Positions 1-10,476 of a stretch of 64,000 bases of DNA are shown here, piece after piece. How positions within the stretch are numbered: the stretch's first letter is position 1; each line of letters begins with the position of its first letter. Both the position numbers and the translations under genes were made by a program. Origin of the DNA: Candidatus Bathyarchaeota archaeon (GTDB lineage Archaea > Thermoproteota > Bathyarchaeia > Bathyarchaeales > Bathycorpusculaceae). The notes beneath the pieces are model-generated. The model was not told the origin of the DNA and searched no databases. It saw only the letters and a list, made by a program, of their open reading frames with translations. The stretch spans positions 440,928 to 504,927 of the forward strand of contig CAWDYC010000003.1 in NCBI GenBank assembly GCA_963806535.1, in the 5' to 3' direction.

Positions 1-397
1 CCAACGCATTTATGTTGTCCATAAGTTTGTTATCAAAGTCTATCATCCTGTCAAGGCTATCTTCTTTAACTTTGACGGCGTCATAGAAACCGCTGTACCC
101 TTCAGAAGCATGATTTATTTTTTCAACCACGCGATCCATTTTTGCTAACAAACGATCCATGTCAGTTAGAACATCGAAGTATCTTCGATCAGCCAGCTTT
201 TGTGAAATTTCCCTTAAATCATTCTTTTCAGTAGACAGTTTCAGGTAAAGATGATTCCTGACTAACCTGTCGCTTTCACGACGAATTTCTTTTTCTTTGT
301 AGCCGCGAAAACCTGGAACAAAAGCGGCTATGCGCTCAGAGAGGCGCATTTGACCTTTTACGTCTGAATATACATCGTTTTTCTCACTCATTGTCAT
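1..397 (-). CDS. Conserved hypothetical helical protein, runs off the window edge
   Basis: Read by hand: MTMSEKNDVYSDVKGQMRLSERIAAFVPGFRGYKEKEIRRESDRLVRNHL..., open to base 1, with GGAGA upstream; not in the ORF track. Confidence 0.75.
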   Translation of the reverse strand, partial: MTMSEKNDVYSDVKGQMRLSERIAAFVPGFRGYKEKEIRRESDRLVRNHLYLKLSTEKNDLREISQKLADRRYFDVLTDMDRLLAKMDRVVEKINHASEGYSGFYDAVKVKEDSLDRMIDFDNKLMDNINAL

Positions 398-466
398 ATC
401 TCCGTCTTTTTTAGTATTCGTTGATATTAAAGGCTCGCTTTTAAAGTTTGTTAGAGTAAATGGAGC

Positions 467-1213
467 TTAGAATCTTGAAGGTGGTATGTCCCCTTTTAAA
501 GGGGTTCCAGCGGTGCCTTCCATTATCAACTGGTACACTTTACCTTTGTATTCGTATTTTATAAACCAAATGGGGGCATGCAAATAGACTATTTGTTTGG
601 ATGTTACTTCGGTGCTTATCTCAACTATTTTATCTACATCCTGTTGAAGAAGGAAACGATGATGGTCCTCAATTTGTTGCTTAGCTATTTCCAACGCGGC
701 TTCGCGGTCTATTTCACTATTGAGGAGTTTGGCGAAACCTTCAATTTTGCGAAAGTCAAAGGGAATTTTGCCTTCTAGTGGAACTTCATATTCGTGTGTG
801 GGAAATTCTGAAGCTTCACGCGCTAAAACCAGCCAGTCATATTCCTTGGAGATTGTGCCCTCTTTAACAATGGCTGGAGCTATCCTTTCGAATATTCCCT
901 TGTAAGTGCTCTTAGCTTCAACTGAAACCAGCCAAAACGGCAAATACACTAATTCTTTTGAAGTAAGTTTTGATTTCTTTGCAAGGTCGCCTGGTTTTAA
1001 GAAACCCCCGCTCATCCAAGCTTGAATCGGATCGTCAATACTTTTTGGGTCAAATCTGTTTAGAATAAGTGAGTGTTCAAAAGTGAAGGTTTGCCCAGTT
1101 TCAATAACTGTGGTAAATCCACAGTATTTGCAGGTTGCAATGATTTCGCCTGGTTTAAACTCAACTGGGGCACCGCAGTGACTGCACTTGATTTCTTGGG
1201 CTACAGCATCCAT
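467..1213 (-). CDS. Zn-ribbon domain protein
   Basis: N-terminal CSHCGA...CKYCG and YLPFW/HAPIW motifs; 2 nt from the upstream oxidoreductase gene. Confidence 0.7.
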   Translation of the reverse strand: MDAVAQEIKCSHCGAPVEFKPGEIIATCKYCGFTTVIETGQTFTFEHSLILNRFDPKSIDDPIQAWMSGGFLKPGDLAKKSKLTSKELVYLPFWLVSVEAKSTYKGIFERIAPAIVKEGTISKEYDWLVLAREASEFPTHEYEVPLEGKIPFDFRKIEGFAKLLNSEIDREAALEIAKQQIEDHHRFLLQQDVDKIVEISTEVTSKQIVYLHAPIWFIKYEYKGKVYQLIMEGTAGTPLKGDIPPSRF

Positions 1214-1215
1214 TG

Positions 1216-2598
1216 TTACGCCTTCAGATGTTCACGTTTCAATATTTCTCTTGCAACTATTACGCCTGAAGCTGAAGCTTGAATTAAACCGCGTGTGACT
1301 CCTGCTCCGTCGCCTATAGTGAACATGTTTTGGATTTTGGTTTCAAGGGCATTATTTAGTTGCAGGTGTGAAGAGTAAAATTTGACTTCTATGCCGTAGA
1401 GTAATGTGTCTCTGGAGTGGATTCCTGGCGCTATCACATCTAAGGCTTGAAGCATCTCACGTATGTCTGATAAGTAACGGTATGGTAAAACGAAACTCAG
1501 ATCTCCTGGAGTAGCATTCTTCAATGTTGGAACAACTACGCTTCTTGCTAAGCGTTCAGGTGTTGAGCGTCGCCCAGAAACCAAATCACCTAATCGCTGA
1601 ACCATCACTCCTCCACTTAAGAGGTTTGAAAGCCTCGCAACATATTTGCCGTAGGCAATCGGCTCTTTGAAAGGTTCTGTAAAAGACGTGCTGACGAGAA
1701 TTGCGAAGTTTGTGTTATCTGTTCTTGTTTCAGCGTGGCTTCCGCCGTTAACTGTTAAAACTCCGTCATATGATTCTGTTGTTACTTCACCGTAAGGTGA
1801 TACACAGAAAGTGCGAACCTGGTCATCAAAAAGACGCGAGAAATAAACCAGTTTTGGCTCGTAAAGCACTTTGGTGAGATTTTCCATCACTGACGCCAAA
1901 ACTTCAACCCGCACGCCAATATCAACTGGGTTGTTTATGGTTTTTAATCCTCGAACTTGAGCTTCTGTTTGAAGCCATTCTGCTCCACTTCTACCAGGAG
2001 CAATTATAACGTATTTGCCAAGGAATTTTTCGCCATTAACGGTCTCAATGCCTTGAACTGTGTGGTTTTCAGTGATTAGCCCTTTTACGTCTGTTTTCGG
2101 CATAAAAGTGATTTTGCCGTTAAGTGCTTTGCGCATTCTTTGCAGAGTTTCCAGGCATTTGTCGGTGCCCATGTGGCGAACTTCTTGTTTGATTAGTTTT
2201 AATCCGGCAAGTGAAGCTTTGCGTTCAATTTCATCTACTTTTTCGTTGTCGCCGCCATAAACTGTTTCGCTGGCACCGAATTTTATGTAGATACTATCTA
2301 CATATTTTACTAAATCTTGAAGTTCTTTGGTGGAGATATATTGGTTCAGCCAACCACCAACTTCGGTTGAAAGGGTAAGTTTTCCATCACTGTAAGCACC
2401 AGCTCCGCCCCAGCCTGAAAGAACTGAGCATGGTTCACAATGGACGCATTCGAACCCTCGGCTGGATGGACACTTTCGCTTGTCAATGTCTAGTCCTCTG
2501 TCCACTATTAGGACATTGAGATTTGTTTTCTCAGTTAATTCTAGCGCTGAAAAGATGCCTGCTGGTCCTGCACCCACGATTATTACATCATATTTCAT
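1216..2598 (-). CDS. FAD/NAD(P)-dependent oxidoreductase (COG2509-like)
   Basis: GAGPAG dinucleotide-binding motif, GGAGAYSDGKL, C-terminal GDGAGVTRGL. Confidence 0.85.
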   Translation of the reverse strand: MKYDVIIVGAGPAGIFSALELTEKTNLNVLIVDRGLDIDKRKCPSSRGFECVHCEPCSVLSGWGGAGAYSDGKLTLSTEVGGWLNQYISTKELQDLVKYVDSIYIKFGASETVYGGDNEKVDEIERKASLAGLKLIKQEVRHMGTDKCLETLQRMRKALNGKITFMPKTDVKGLITENHTVQGIETVNGEKFLGKYVIIAPGRSGAEWLQTEAQVRGLKTINNPVDIGVRVEVLASVMENLTKVLYEPKLVYFSRLFDDQVRTFCVSPYGEVTTESYDGVLTVNGGSHAETRTDNTNFAILVSTSFTEPFKEPIAYGKYVARLSNLLSGGVMVQRLGDLVSGRRSTPERLARSVVVPTLKNATPGDLSFVLPYRYLSDIREMLQALDVIAPGIHSRDTLLYGIEVKFYSSHLQLNNALETKIQNMFTIGDGAGVTRGLIQASASGVIVAREILKREHLKA

Positions 2599-2765
2599 AT
2601 GTAGTGCCTTCTTTGGAGCCCAGAATTAGATGCAATAGGTAGGATATATTTGTTGGTGCAAAAAAATTTTTAACAGTTTGGGCTTCTTGCATCGATATTT
2701 TCAAGATATATCTAAATAACATTTATAATCAATAAAACGGCAATTAAAATACGAAGAAAAACACC

Positions 2766-3251
2766 ATGCCAAAAGCAGAACCCGAGAATATCGATGAATT
2801 AATCTCTGACTTCTCACGCTTCTACATACTCACCATACTCTATGAAGGACCAGCATATGGTTACAGCATAATAAGCAGATTCAAAAAACGAGTAAAAAAA
2901 GAAGTAAGCCCAAGCCTAGTATATCCCTTCCTCCAACAACTAGAGCAAAAAGGATTAGTTACGCACACAATAAAACCTGTAGGTGAAAAAGAGAAAAAAG
3001 TTTTTGAACTGACAGAGCCAGGAAGAGAATTGTGCACTGAGCTGTTCAAACGCTTCGCTAAACTAGTATCAATCGCTATTGAACCAAGCCTCTACATTTG
3101 CGCTCACTGCGGATGCAAAGTTTACGAAGGTGCCTACCGAGAAATTATTGATGGTAACGAAACAGCGTTTTGCTGCATACATTGCGCTCGCTCCTACAAG
3201 GAAACAAAAAAGTTGGCTAAACAAAATAGTAGCGTTAACAAACAAGCATAA
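2766..3251 (+). CDS. PadR-family regulator with C-terminal Cys-rich metal-binding domain
   Basis: YGYSII...SLVYPFLQQLEQKGLV...FELTEPG winged helix, followed by CAHCGC...FCCIHCA. Confidence 0.8.
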   Translation: MPKAEPENIDELISDFSRFYILTILYEGPAYGYSIISRFKKRVKKEVSPSLVYPFLQQLEQKGLVTHTIKPVGEKEKKVFELTEPGRELCTELFKRFAKLVSIAIEPSLYICAHCGCKVYEGAYREIIDGNETAFCCIHCARSYKETKKLAKQNSSVNKQA

Positions 3252-3307
3252 TATTATCTAAAACTTTTGAGTAGAAATTAGAAATAAAAAAAATCTGTTG
3301 AGTGTAA

Positions 3308-3586
3308 TCAGTCTTTAATAGCTTCAATAAAACTCATAACATTCCAAAGTTTTACCCGTGTGTAAGCAGGCATATTTGGGTCTTGAAGAATTTCATCTAG
3401 GAGCGAAACAGCGTTGGAAGCGCGCACAGCCACCGTAAATTCACCACTTTGGAGGGTATTCATAGCGTCTTTTGCTGAGCGCCTAATGTTTCTGGGTGTT
3501 GTGCTGTCCTCTGAAACCTCTGTGAGAACCGTTAACGCTTGCTGAATTTTTGCTTCGTATTCTTCAGCTTTTTTCTTTCGAACCAT
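3308..3586 (-). CDS. UPF0147 family protein
   Basis: DSTTPRNIRRSA and DPNMPAYTRVKLWN motifs. Confidence 0.85.
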   Translation of the reverse strand: MVRKKKAEEYEAKIQQALTVLTEVSEDSTTPRNIRRSAKDAMNTLQSGEFTVAVRASNAVSLLDEILQDPNMPAYTRVKLWNVMSFIEAIKD

Positions 3587-3651
3587 AAAGACACTACCTA
3601 ACTTCCATTCACGCAGTAACCCAGTTATATAAGTATTGATACGTATTTACT

Positions 3652-4029
3652 TTGGGGTTCTGCATGGAAGAAAAAAAAGAAATCACACCTATCAAACGCA
3701 TGGCTGATTTACTAATGAAAGGCGCCACTTTAACCGACTTATCGTGTCCAGTATGTGGTTCGCCGCTTTTCAGATTACAAGATGGCACTTTGTGGTGTGA
3801 AAAAGATGAAAAGAAAGTGGTGGTAATTAAAGAAGGTGAAGAACCAGCTAAACCTTCCGGTTCTGGCTCGACATATGATAAACTCGAAGCTTCATTGTTA
3901 AGCAAAATTCAGGAGTTACAAGGCAAAATCGAAAAAACAGAAGATATTGATGAACTCCAAAAACTTGCCAATGCATTATCAGAATTGCTGTCTAGCCTCG
4001 AGAAAGTTCAAAAAATGAAGAAAACTTGA
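3652..4029 (+). CDS. UPF0148 / autoantigen-p27-like Zn-finger protein
   Basis: MADLLMKGATLTDLSCPVCGSPLF...WC followed by a coiled coil; divergent from UPF0147 as is common in archaea. Confidence 0.8.
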   Translation: MGFCMEEKKEITPIKRMADLLMKGATLTDLSCPVCGSPLFRLQDGTLWCEKDEKKVVVIKEGEEPAKPSGSGSTYDKLEASLLSKIQELQGKIEKTEDIDELQKLANALSELLSSLEKVQKMKKT

Positions 4030-4553
4030 GCAGAAACGATTTGACCTTTGGATTTTACAAAGATTTCCCATCGCAAATTCACTGGATTGAAAGTTTTTCC
4101 TCAAGTCTGCCCAGCAAACAACTTCAACAAAAATTAGTGCAAGCTTTTCGCGAAATAAATAAACAAGAATTAAGCTTTGAAGAAGTTACAAACCCAACAA
4201 TTCCAGATTGCAGAGTAATTTTTGAGTTCGGTTTGGCTGATTCTGAAAGCTTTTATTACATTGACGATGAAGAAGAAAAAAAAGCAATTGATCTATTAGA
4301 AAAAGAGAATCTTCATACAATTGATTTCTTCTGTGGAATACGCTATTATAAGAGCAAAACAGAGAAAAAGGTGCCATTAAAGTTTGATTATTACCTTCTC
4401 CGCTCGATTTATTACAAAGGCATTGTTGAAATTCATGTTCATCACGATAAAGGTCCTAGATACATTTCTCCTCAAGATCTAACGCAATTAATTTTTAATA
4501 AAATAAATGATGACTCAAGGAAAAAACTTTTGAAAAAGCTAAAGACCGAATAA
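4026..4553 (+). CDS. Hypothetical protein
   Basis: 175-aa ORF overlapping the upstream stop by 4 nt. Confidence 0.65.
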   Translation: MSRNDLTFGFYKDFPSQIHWIESFSSSLPSKQLQQKLVQAFREINKQELSFEEVTNPTIPDCRVIFEFGLADSESFYYIDDEEEKKAIDLLEKENLHTIDFFCGIRYYKSKTEKKVPLKFDYYLLRSIYYKGIVEIHVHHDKGPRYISPQDLTQLIFNKINDDSRKKLLKKLKTE

Positions 4554-4695
4554 TTCAAAAAGGCAGTTTAGAAAATAAATATATGAGCATTGTTCTATAG
4601 CCGAAAGTTATATTTCTAACAATAGAGATAATGCGTAAAAGTGGAGATAATTTACGGCAGATTCCCAAAACAGGCAGAAATAGGAGCTAATATAA

Positions 4696-5652
4696 TTGAT
4701 CCCGATTGAAGTTACGAACCTTAAAAAGTGCTATGGCAGCTTGAAAGCTGTAGATGGAACCTCATTCCAGGTTAACAACGGAGAAGTCTTTGGTCTTTTA
4801 GGTCCAAACGGCGCAGGCAAAACCACAACCATCGAAATTTTGGAAGGTTTGCGAGAAAGGGATGGAGGAGACGTTAAAGTTCTCGGTTTTGATCCTTGGA
4901 AAAACGGCTATGACCTTCACAAAAAAATCGGCGTAATCCCACAAGAATTTACTTTCTTTGAAAAAACAACCCCAAGAGAAGCCATTATCTATTATGCCGA
5001 CCTTTTCAACATTAAAGTTAACCCTGATGAAATCTTAAAAGAAGTATTGCTTGAAGAATCTGCTAAAGTCAATTTTGACAGTCTCTCTGGCGGACAGAAA
5101 CAGAAAACTGGCCTTGCACTCTCACTTGTCAATTCGCCAGAACTTCTATTTCTTGACGAACCAACCACTGGACTAGACCCCAACGCCCGAAGAGCAATCT
5201 GGGAAGTCATACGAGGATTAAAAGCCAAGGGCAAAACAATCATTTTAACCACTCATTACTTAGATGAAGCCCAACAATTATGCGACAGAGTAGCCATTAT
5301 GGACCATGGACACATTGTTGCTATGGGTACTTCTGAGGACATTATTAGAGAACACGGTTCAGGCGAAAGACTGGAAATTCATGGAAGCCAAAAGCTTGCT
5401 GACTACATTAAAGCAAATACCGATTTACAAGTTGATTACGATTCATCAAAAGGAGAAATTTTCATACCACTAAAAAAGAAAATCGATGCCTTAGCGGCTT
5501 TGGCGGCTGCTGAACAATCAGGAATGGATTGGGGAGAAATCCAAACACGACAAGACAGCTTAGACGACGTTTTTATCAAACTAGTTAATGAAACCGGAGA
5601 AATCGAATCACAAGAAGATATTAAACCGACGAAAAAGAAGCGGAGGGCTTAA
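4696..5652 (+). CDS. ABC-2 exporter ATP-binding subunit
   Basis: GPNGAGKTT, LSGGQ, LFLDEPTTGLD, H-loop TTHY. Confidence 0.95.
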   Translation: MIPIEVTNLKKCYGSLKAVDGTSFQVNNGEVFGLLGPNGAGKTTTIEILEGLRERDGGDVKVLGFDPWKNGYDLHKKIGVIPQEFTFFEKTTPREAIIYYADLFNIKVNPDEILKEVLLEESAKVNFDSLSGGQKQKTGLALSLVNSPELLFLDEPTTGLDPNARRAIWEVIRGLKAKGKTIILTTHYLDEAQQLCDRVAIMDHGHIVAMGTSEDIIREHGSGERLEIHGSQKLADYIKANTDLQVDYDSSKGEIFIPLKKKIDALAALAAAEQSGMDWGEIQTRQDSLDDVFIKLVNETGEIESQEDIKPTKKKRRA

Positions 5653-5654
5653 AA

Positions 5655-6770
5655 ATGGTTAGTGGAAAAAGAATCGCTTCAGACTTCAAAGTCTTCAGTC
5701 GAGGCTACTTAAGAAATAAGTTTGGATTATTCTTCGGGTTAATTTTCCCAGTTATTTTGATCTTGATTTTCGGCGCTATTTTTTCAGGAGGAAGCTCTGG
5801 AACAATCAATGTTTATGTGCAAAATCAAGATACTAGTGCTCCGCCTCAAGCAGATATTGCTTCACAATTTCTAACAGCGCTCAACAGTTCGACCACAATA
5901 AGAGTGATAACAGTAAATGCCACTACTGACTTTTCAAAATATCTAGCCGATCACTCAGTGTCTGACGGCATCATTATTCCAGAAAACTTTTCAGCCGATT
6001 ATTTAGCAGGCCACCAAGTAAATGTAACAGTTTATGGTAATCCATCCTCAGCCTCAAGCGGCATCGTAAGTGGAACAGTAAATGGATATGCAAACTATTT
6101 TAATCTTAATTATTATAAACAAAACGCCACTCCCATTATAGGCATAAAATCAGCAACTGTAAATACCCAACAAACTAAATACATTGACTTCTTAATTCCA
6201 GGCTTAATCGGTTTTTCAATACTTACCAGCCCAATGTTCTCATTAGTTAACATTTCTTCAGAATACAAAAAAACAAAACTCTTCAAACAACTATCGCTTA
6301 CACCGCTAACAAAGATGGAGTGGCTTACCTCTAAGGTGCTATGGTACATTGTTTTAACAATCGCTGGCTTCCTACTAATGGTTGGAGTTGGAGTCTTCGC
6401 TTTCGGCGCACACGTTACATTAACAGTTGGGTTAATACCCTTCCTCGTATTGGGTCCAATGCTTTTCGCAGCGCTCGGTATGCTTGTTGGCACAGTAACA
6501 AAAAGCCCTGAAACAGCAGGCGTAATAGGCAACATCGTTACGTTCCCAATGATGTTCCTTTCAGGCACATTCTTCCCAATCAGCACCATGCCACAATATT
6601 TACAGACTACAGCTCACGTACTGCCACTGTTTTATGTGATTGAAGGCTTAAACAACGTCATGGTCTACGGAAACATTACTGGAGCATTGATTGACTTTGC
6701 AGTCCTCGTTGTTATAACAGCTGTAATCTTTGGGTTGGCAGTTAAACTGTTCAAATGGAGAGAAGATTAA
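5655..6770 (+). CDS. ABC-2 exporter permease
   Basis: N-terminal TM, extracellular loop, then further TMs; FLSGTFFPISTMP. Confidence 0.9.
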   Translation: MVSGKRIASDFKVFSRGYLRNKFGLFFGLIFPVILILIFGAIFSGGSSGTINVYVQNQDTSAPPQADIASQFLTALNSSTTIRVITVNATTDFSKYLADHSVSDGIIIPENFSADYLAGHQVNVTVYGNPSSASSGIVSGTVNGYANYFNLNYYKQNATPIIGIKSATVNTQQTKYIDFLIPGLIGFSILTSPMFSLVNISSEYKKTKLFKQLSLTPLTKMEWLTSKVLWYIVLTIAGFLLMVGVGVFAFGAHVTLTVGLIPFLVLGPMLFAALGMLVGTVTKSPETAGVIGNIVTFPMMFLSGTFFPISTMPQYLQTTAHVLPLFYVIEGLNNVMVYGNITGALIDFAVLVVITAVIFGLAVKLFKWRED

Positions 6771-6796
6771 GCCACTCTCTCATTTCTCTTTCAATT

Positions 6797-7397
6797 TTAC
6801 TTAACGATTTTGAGTAAACTCAAAACTTTCGAGTATAACTCATCAGCCACTATATCCTTTGGTTTATCTCCATTGATCAAAATGAGCTCGCCCTTCTCAA
6901 CAAACTTCATGTAGATTTCTCGCACTTTCTGCTGAGTTTCCAGTGTTTCCATAACAGACTTCTTTCTCTGCAAACGTTCCAGCACCCGCTCTGCAGGAAC
7001 ATCGATAAAGATACTGAAGTCTGGCTCCAAAGCGCGAGCATTAATAGTTTTGATCCAATCCAAGCTTAGACCTGTGCTGCCTTGGTATGCCAAAGACGAA
7101 TAAATGTAGCGGTCGCAAATTACTATTTTGTCTTCGGCTAAAGCGGGCGCTATCTCATTTTGCATATGTTCAATGCGGTCTGCTGCGAATAACAAGGCTT
7201 CAGCTTCTGTGGGCAGACGGTTTTTCTTCGTATAAGCAGCCTTCTCGTATGAAAGTTCCGATTTTGCCTTGACTTGGTTCGGCCGTACATAGAACTTTGT
7301 GGTTTTTTGAAAGTTTTTTTGCAAGAATGCTTGCTTGGGTGGTTTTTCCGCTTCCGTCTAAGCCTTCGATAACTATGAAAACGCCTTTCTCAGTCAA
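6797..7397 (-). CDS. tmk: Thymidylate kinase (one frameshift near 7220)
   Basis: [15 protein letters not shown] in one frame; LLFAADR and [14 protein letters not shown] in the next; removing one base restores YEEKRLPTEAE. Confidence 0.9.
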
Positions 7398-7469
7398 ATT
7401 TTTTCAACTCGTCAGGTTAGCGTTAGACATTATAGGGAGGTACATAAATATAACTTACAACTGCGAGGC

Positions 7470-8756
7470 TTGCTTGTGCCAAAGGCTTACTGGGGAGAAA
7501 TAAAAGATCCTGTACACGGATACGTGTACATTACTGAAGCAGAAAAAAACATCATTGACTCTTATCCAATGCAACGGCTGAGGCGACTGAGGCAACTTGC
7601 GGGTTCAGAATATGTTTATCCAGGAGCAAATCACACACGCTTTGAACACTGCGTCGGCGTCATGTATTTGGCAGGCAAAGTTTTGGAGAACCCATACATT
7701 TCACGCGCCGTAAGCGATGACGAAGTTGATGTATGCAGAATTTCAGCTCTACTTCACGATTGCGGACATGGACCTTTCTCGCATGTTTTTGAGCAATTAC
7801 TGATAAAAGATTTAGAAAAAACTCATGAAGATATTACTTCATGGATTGTCGAGAAAAGCGAAGTTAGCGATAAACTATCTAAAATGGGGTTTATCCCTAA
7901 GGAAGTTGGTGAACTTGCCGTTGGAAAACTGCATAAACCAGGCAAAGCATTTCTTGACCAAATTATAAGCAGCGCCGTAGACGTTGATAAACAAGATTTC
8001 ATTGTTCGAGATACCTACCATACTGGCGCCGAATACGGATTCATCGATGTTTTCCGCCTTATACATGCGCTTGATGTTTTAGGCGAAAATTTAGCTGTAG
8101 AACTAGGCGCCTTATCTGCGCTTGAAGCGTTCATGATTGCCAGAATTGAATCGTTCAAGAGCATCTATTTTCATCGAGTTGGCAGAGCCGCACAGATTAT
8201 GCTTGCAACTGCTATGGAAAGGGCAAATAGTGAGTTAGGATTAACGGCTTTTAAGACACCTGAAGAATATTTGGAGCTTGATGACTACACAGTTTGGTCA
8301 GCCCTCAAAAAGTGTAAGGCATCAAAAGAAATAATTGCCAACTTGGAAAGTCGCAGAATGCTAAAATGTGCTTATGAACGAACTTTCTACGAAAAAGATA
8401 CAATGATATCCAACATTTTTGGTCGAGAATCATATAGGCGTCAAATGCAAAGTGAAATCGCCAAAGAAGCAGGCGTCGGTATCGAATCAGTGATAATTGA
8501 CGTGCCAACTGTGCCATCTGTGCCTTATCATCATGCGGTGCTAATGGAATCTATGGAAATTCCAGTTTTCACAAGAAGCCAAGCGGGAGAAAAAACTCCT
8601 CAGCGGCTTAGCGAGATTTCAAAGATTTTTGAAACACTCAAAGGATTCATGAACATACTTCGTGTATACACTGAAGCAGCAGACCGCGAGAAAGTAGAGA
8701 AAGCAACTGCGAAAATTTTAGGTAAGATTCCTTCCGCCGCGAAAATATCGTTTTAA
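7470..8756 (+). CDS. HD-domain phosphohydrolase (dNTPase/SAMHD1-like)
   Basis: DPVHG, QRLRRLRQL, HTRFEH, LLHDCGHGPFSH, DVDKQDFIVRD, IYFH. Confidence 0.9.
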   Translation: MLVPKAYWGEIKDPVHGYVYITEAEKNIIDSYPMQRLRRLRQLAGSEYVYPGANHTRFEHCVGVMYLAGKVLENPYISRAVSDDEVDVCRISALLHDCGHGPFSHVFEQLLIKDLEKTHEDITSWIVEKSEVSDKLSKMGFIPKEVGELAVGKLHKPGKAFLDQIISSAVDVDKQDFIVRDTYHTGAEYGFIDVFRLIHALDVLGENLAVELGALSALEAFMIARIESFKSIYFHRVGRAAQIMLATAMERANSELGLTAFKTPEEYLELDDYTVWSALKKCKASKEIIANLESRRMLKCAYERTFYEKDTMISNIFGRESYRRQMQSEIAKEAGVGIESVIIDVPTVPSVPYHHAVLMESMEIPVFTRSQAGEKTPQRLSEISKIFETLKGFMNILRVYTEAADREKVEKATAKILGKIPSAAKISF

Positions 8757-8832
8757 TACTTTTTTCTTAAATACTAGTCACGCTTAAGAACAAAAGTAGA
8801 AGTGCCCAAAAGTCTGCGGAGGAAAAATACTT

Positions 8833-9348
8833 ATGGATAATAACTCAGAAGACAAGAAAATCATAAGTGTTAGGATCAAAAAGAAGCCTGAATCCAGACC
8901 AGAGCCAACCATACTTTTCAGCCAAGTTGATATACGAAAATTCGTTTCCGAATTTGTTGCTTCATGGATAAGAGGAGATCTCATAATTCGTTTTCCAACC
9001 GCCGCTGAACTAGCTAAAAAAACTCCGCTAAGCATTGCTTTTCCGACTGATCCATCGGTCAATGCTGAATTGAAAATTAAAGAACATTATGTAGACTTGT
9101 TATCAGTTATCGCCGGGATAAAACCTGCGTCTTTAGATGAGCAAGAAAAAGCTATTTCTGAAGTTTTCAAAATGTTAATGATGTTTCGATCAGCAAACAG
9201 AATTGAAGGAAAAATCTTCTCGAATGATCTGGAAAAAAGAATCAACGAATTAGAAAAAACCGTTGCAAATCAAAGCAAAATAGTAGATCAGATAACTGGA
9301 TTTTTGTTTAAGCCAAAAACCCCAACTAAAAAAGCCCAAGTTAGCTAA
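8833..9348 (+). CDS. Hypothetical protein with C-terminal coiled coil
   Basis: 171-aa ORF with host-like composition. Confidence 0.6.
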   Translation: MDNNSEDKKIISVRIKKKPESRPEPTILFSQVDIRKFVSEFVASWIRGDLIIRFPTAAELAKKTPLSIAFPTDPSVNAELKIKEHYVDLLSVIAGIKPASLDEQEKAISEVFKMLMMFRSANRIEGKIFSNDLEKRINELEKTVANQSKIVDQITGFLFKPKTPTKKAQVS

Positions 9349-9417
9349 AAGCTAATTCTTGAAGGGTAAGGTTTATTCGAAGGAAGAAGCATTCTGCTTG
9401 ATGCTTTTAGGAAAAGC

Positions 9418-9495
9418 GCTCCGGTAGTATAGTCCGGTCAAGTATGCCGGCCTTTCGAGTCGGCGACCCGGGTCCAAATCCCGGCCGGAGCACCA
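9418..9495 (+). tRNA. tRNA-Glu(TTC), CCA encoded
   Basis: Acceptor stem GCTCCGG/CCGGAGC plus ACCA; anticodon arm CCGGC-CT-TTC-GA-GTCGG; T arm CCGGG-TCCAAAT-CCCGG. Confidence 0.93.
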
Positions 9496-9497
9496 AC

Positions 9498-9755
9498 TTA
9501 TTCTACTCTATGAGGTCCAGTATGGGTTTTTTCTGGGGCACCATGAACATTTTCCATGTGCCTATCGAGTTCAGAATGAGTTTTGAAAGCTTTTCCGCAT
9601 ATTTTGCAGATTTCTTTTTCTGAACTTAGCCCTTCTATGGGTTCCTCATGAAGTGGTGGAGCTTTGGGAAGATTATAACGTATTTTTGTTTGTTTAACAC
9701 CAAATGATTTATTCATAAAACAGCACTTCAACATAATTAGTGCCGTCGGCTTCAC
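9498..9755 (-). CDS. Small C2H2 zinc-finger protein (start uncertain)
   Basis: CKICGKAFKTHSELDRHMENVH. Confidence 0.7.
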   Translation of the reverse strand: MKPTALIMLKCCFMNKSFGVKQTKIRYNLPKAPPLHEEPIEGLSSEKEICKICGKAFKTHSELDRHMENVHGAPEKTHTGPHRVE

Positions 9756-9762
9756 TTATAGT

Positions 9763-10368
9763 TTAGGTTCGAATTATTGAGTTTTTTGTTTTCCCAAGTA
9801 TAAGCATCATAGATTTGACCCAGTAATCATGAACTTCCTTGTTTGGGTAGCCAATGAGAAGTTTCGCCAATGTTCCCATATACAATGCTGTAAAAAGCTC
9901 AGCCAACACGCGGGCGTCAACATCTGTCCGCATTACGCCCTGCTTCTTTTTTTCCTCGATAAAACCTTCAACCGCTCCAATATCTTTTTGGTAATCTTCA
10001 AAAACTATTTTTCGAATTTTCGCATCATGGGAAGCGAGGGCTACAATTTCAAATTGCGTGTGCAGATTGCCCTTGTACTTTTCTGTTATCATCGTGTAAA
10101 CTTTTTCCAGCGCTTCTTCTAGATTGTTACATGTGCCTGTTTCGCTAAGTATCGTTCTTAGTGTTTGGTGACCTTGAAGGCTGATTTCTTTGAGGAGATC
10201 TTCTTTACTTTTAAAATATGAGTAGAGGGCGCCTTTGCTTACGCCGATTTCTTTGGCGACGTCATCCATTGTGGCATCGTGATAGCCTTTTTGGGCGAAA
10301 ACTAGCCGGGCAGCTTCAACAATTTTGGATTTGGCTGCTTCTTTGTATTCTGGAACTACTTTGGGCAT
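9763..10368 (-). CDS. TetR/AcrR-family regulator
   Basis: FAQKGYHDATMDDVAKEIGVSKGALYSYFKSKEDL. Confidence 0.95.
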   Translation of the reverse strand: MPKVVPEYKEAAKSKIVEAARLVFAQKGYHDATMDDVAKEIGVSKGALYSYFKSKEDLLKEISLQGHQTLRTILSETGTCNNLEEALEKVYTMITEKYKGNLHTQFEIVALASHDAKIRKIVFEDYQKDIGAVEGFIEEKKKQGVMRTDVDARVLAELFTALYMGTLAKLLIGYPNKEVHDYWVKSMMLILGKTKNSIIRT

Positions 10369-10437
10369 TTCTACCGCGTAATATTGATATGTTTTACTTT
10401 AAAACTGTTGCTATTGGCGACGATAAGTATATTAATT

Positions 10438-10451
10438 GACTGATAGTCGGT
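10438..10451. promoter_or_regulatory. Probable TetR operator
   Basis: Imperfect palindrome GACTGATAGTCGGT just downstream of a TATA-like AAGTATATTAA, between the divergent tetR and MFS genes. Confidence 0.5.
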
Positions 10452-10476
10452 ATTTTATTAAAAAAAGTGAGTCAAC

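Noticed and set aside
6797-7397. Programmed frameshifting or pseudogenisation of tmk (also radical SAM, hsdM, hsdR, dcd, gluB, ktrB, sulfatase)
   Set aside because: Single-base indels occur throughout both organisms' DNA, often at short homopolymers and even in a normally essential gene. No canonical slippery heptamer was seen where I checked (tmk, dcd). Consensus error is the simpler explanation.
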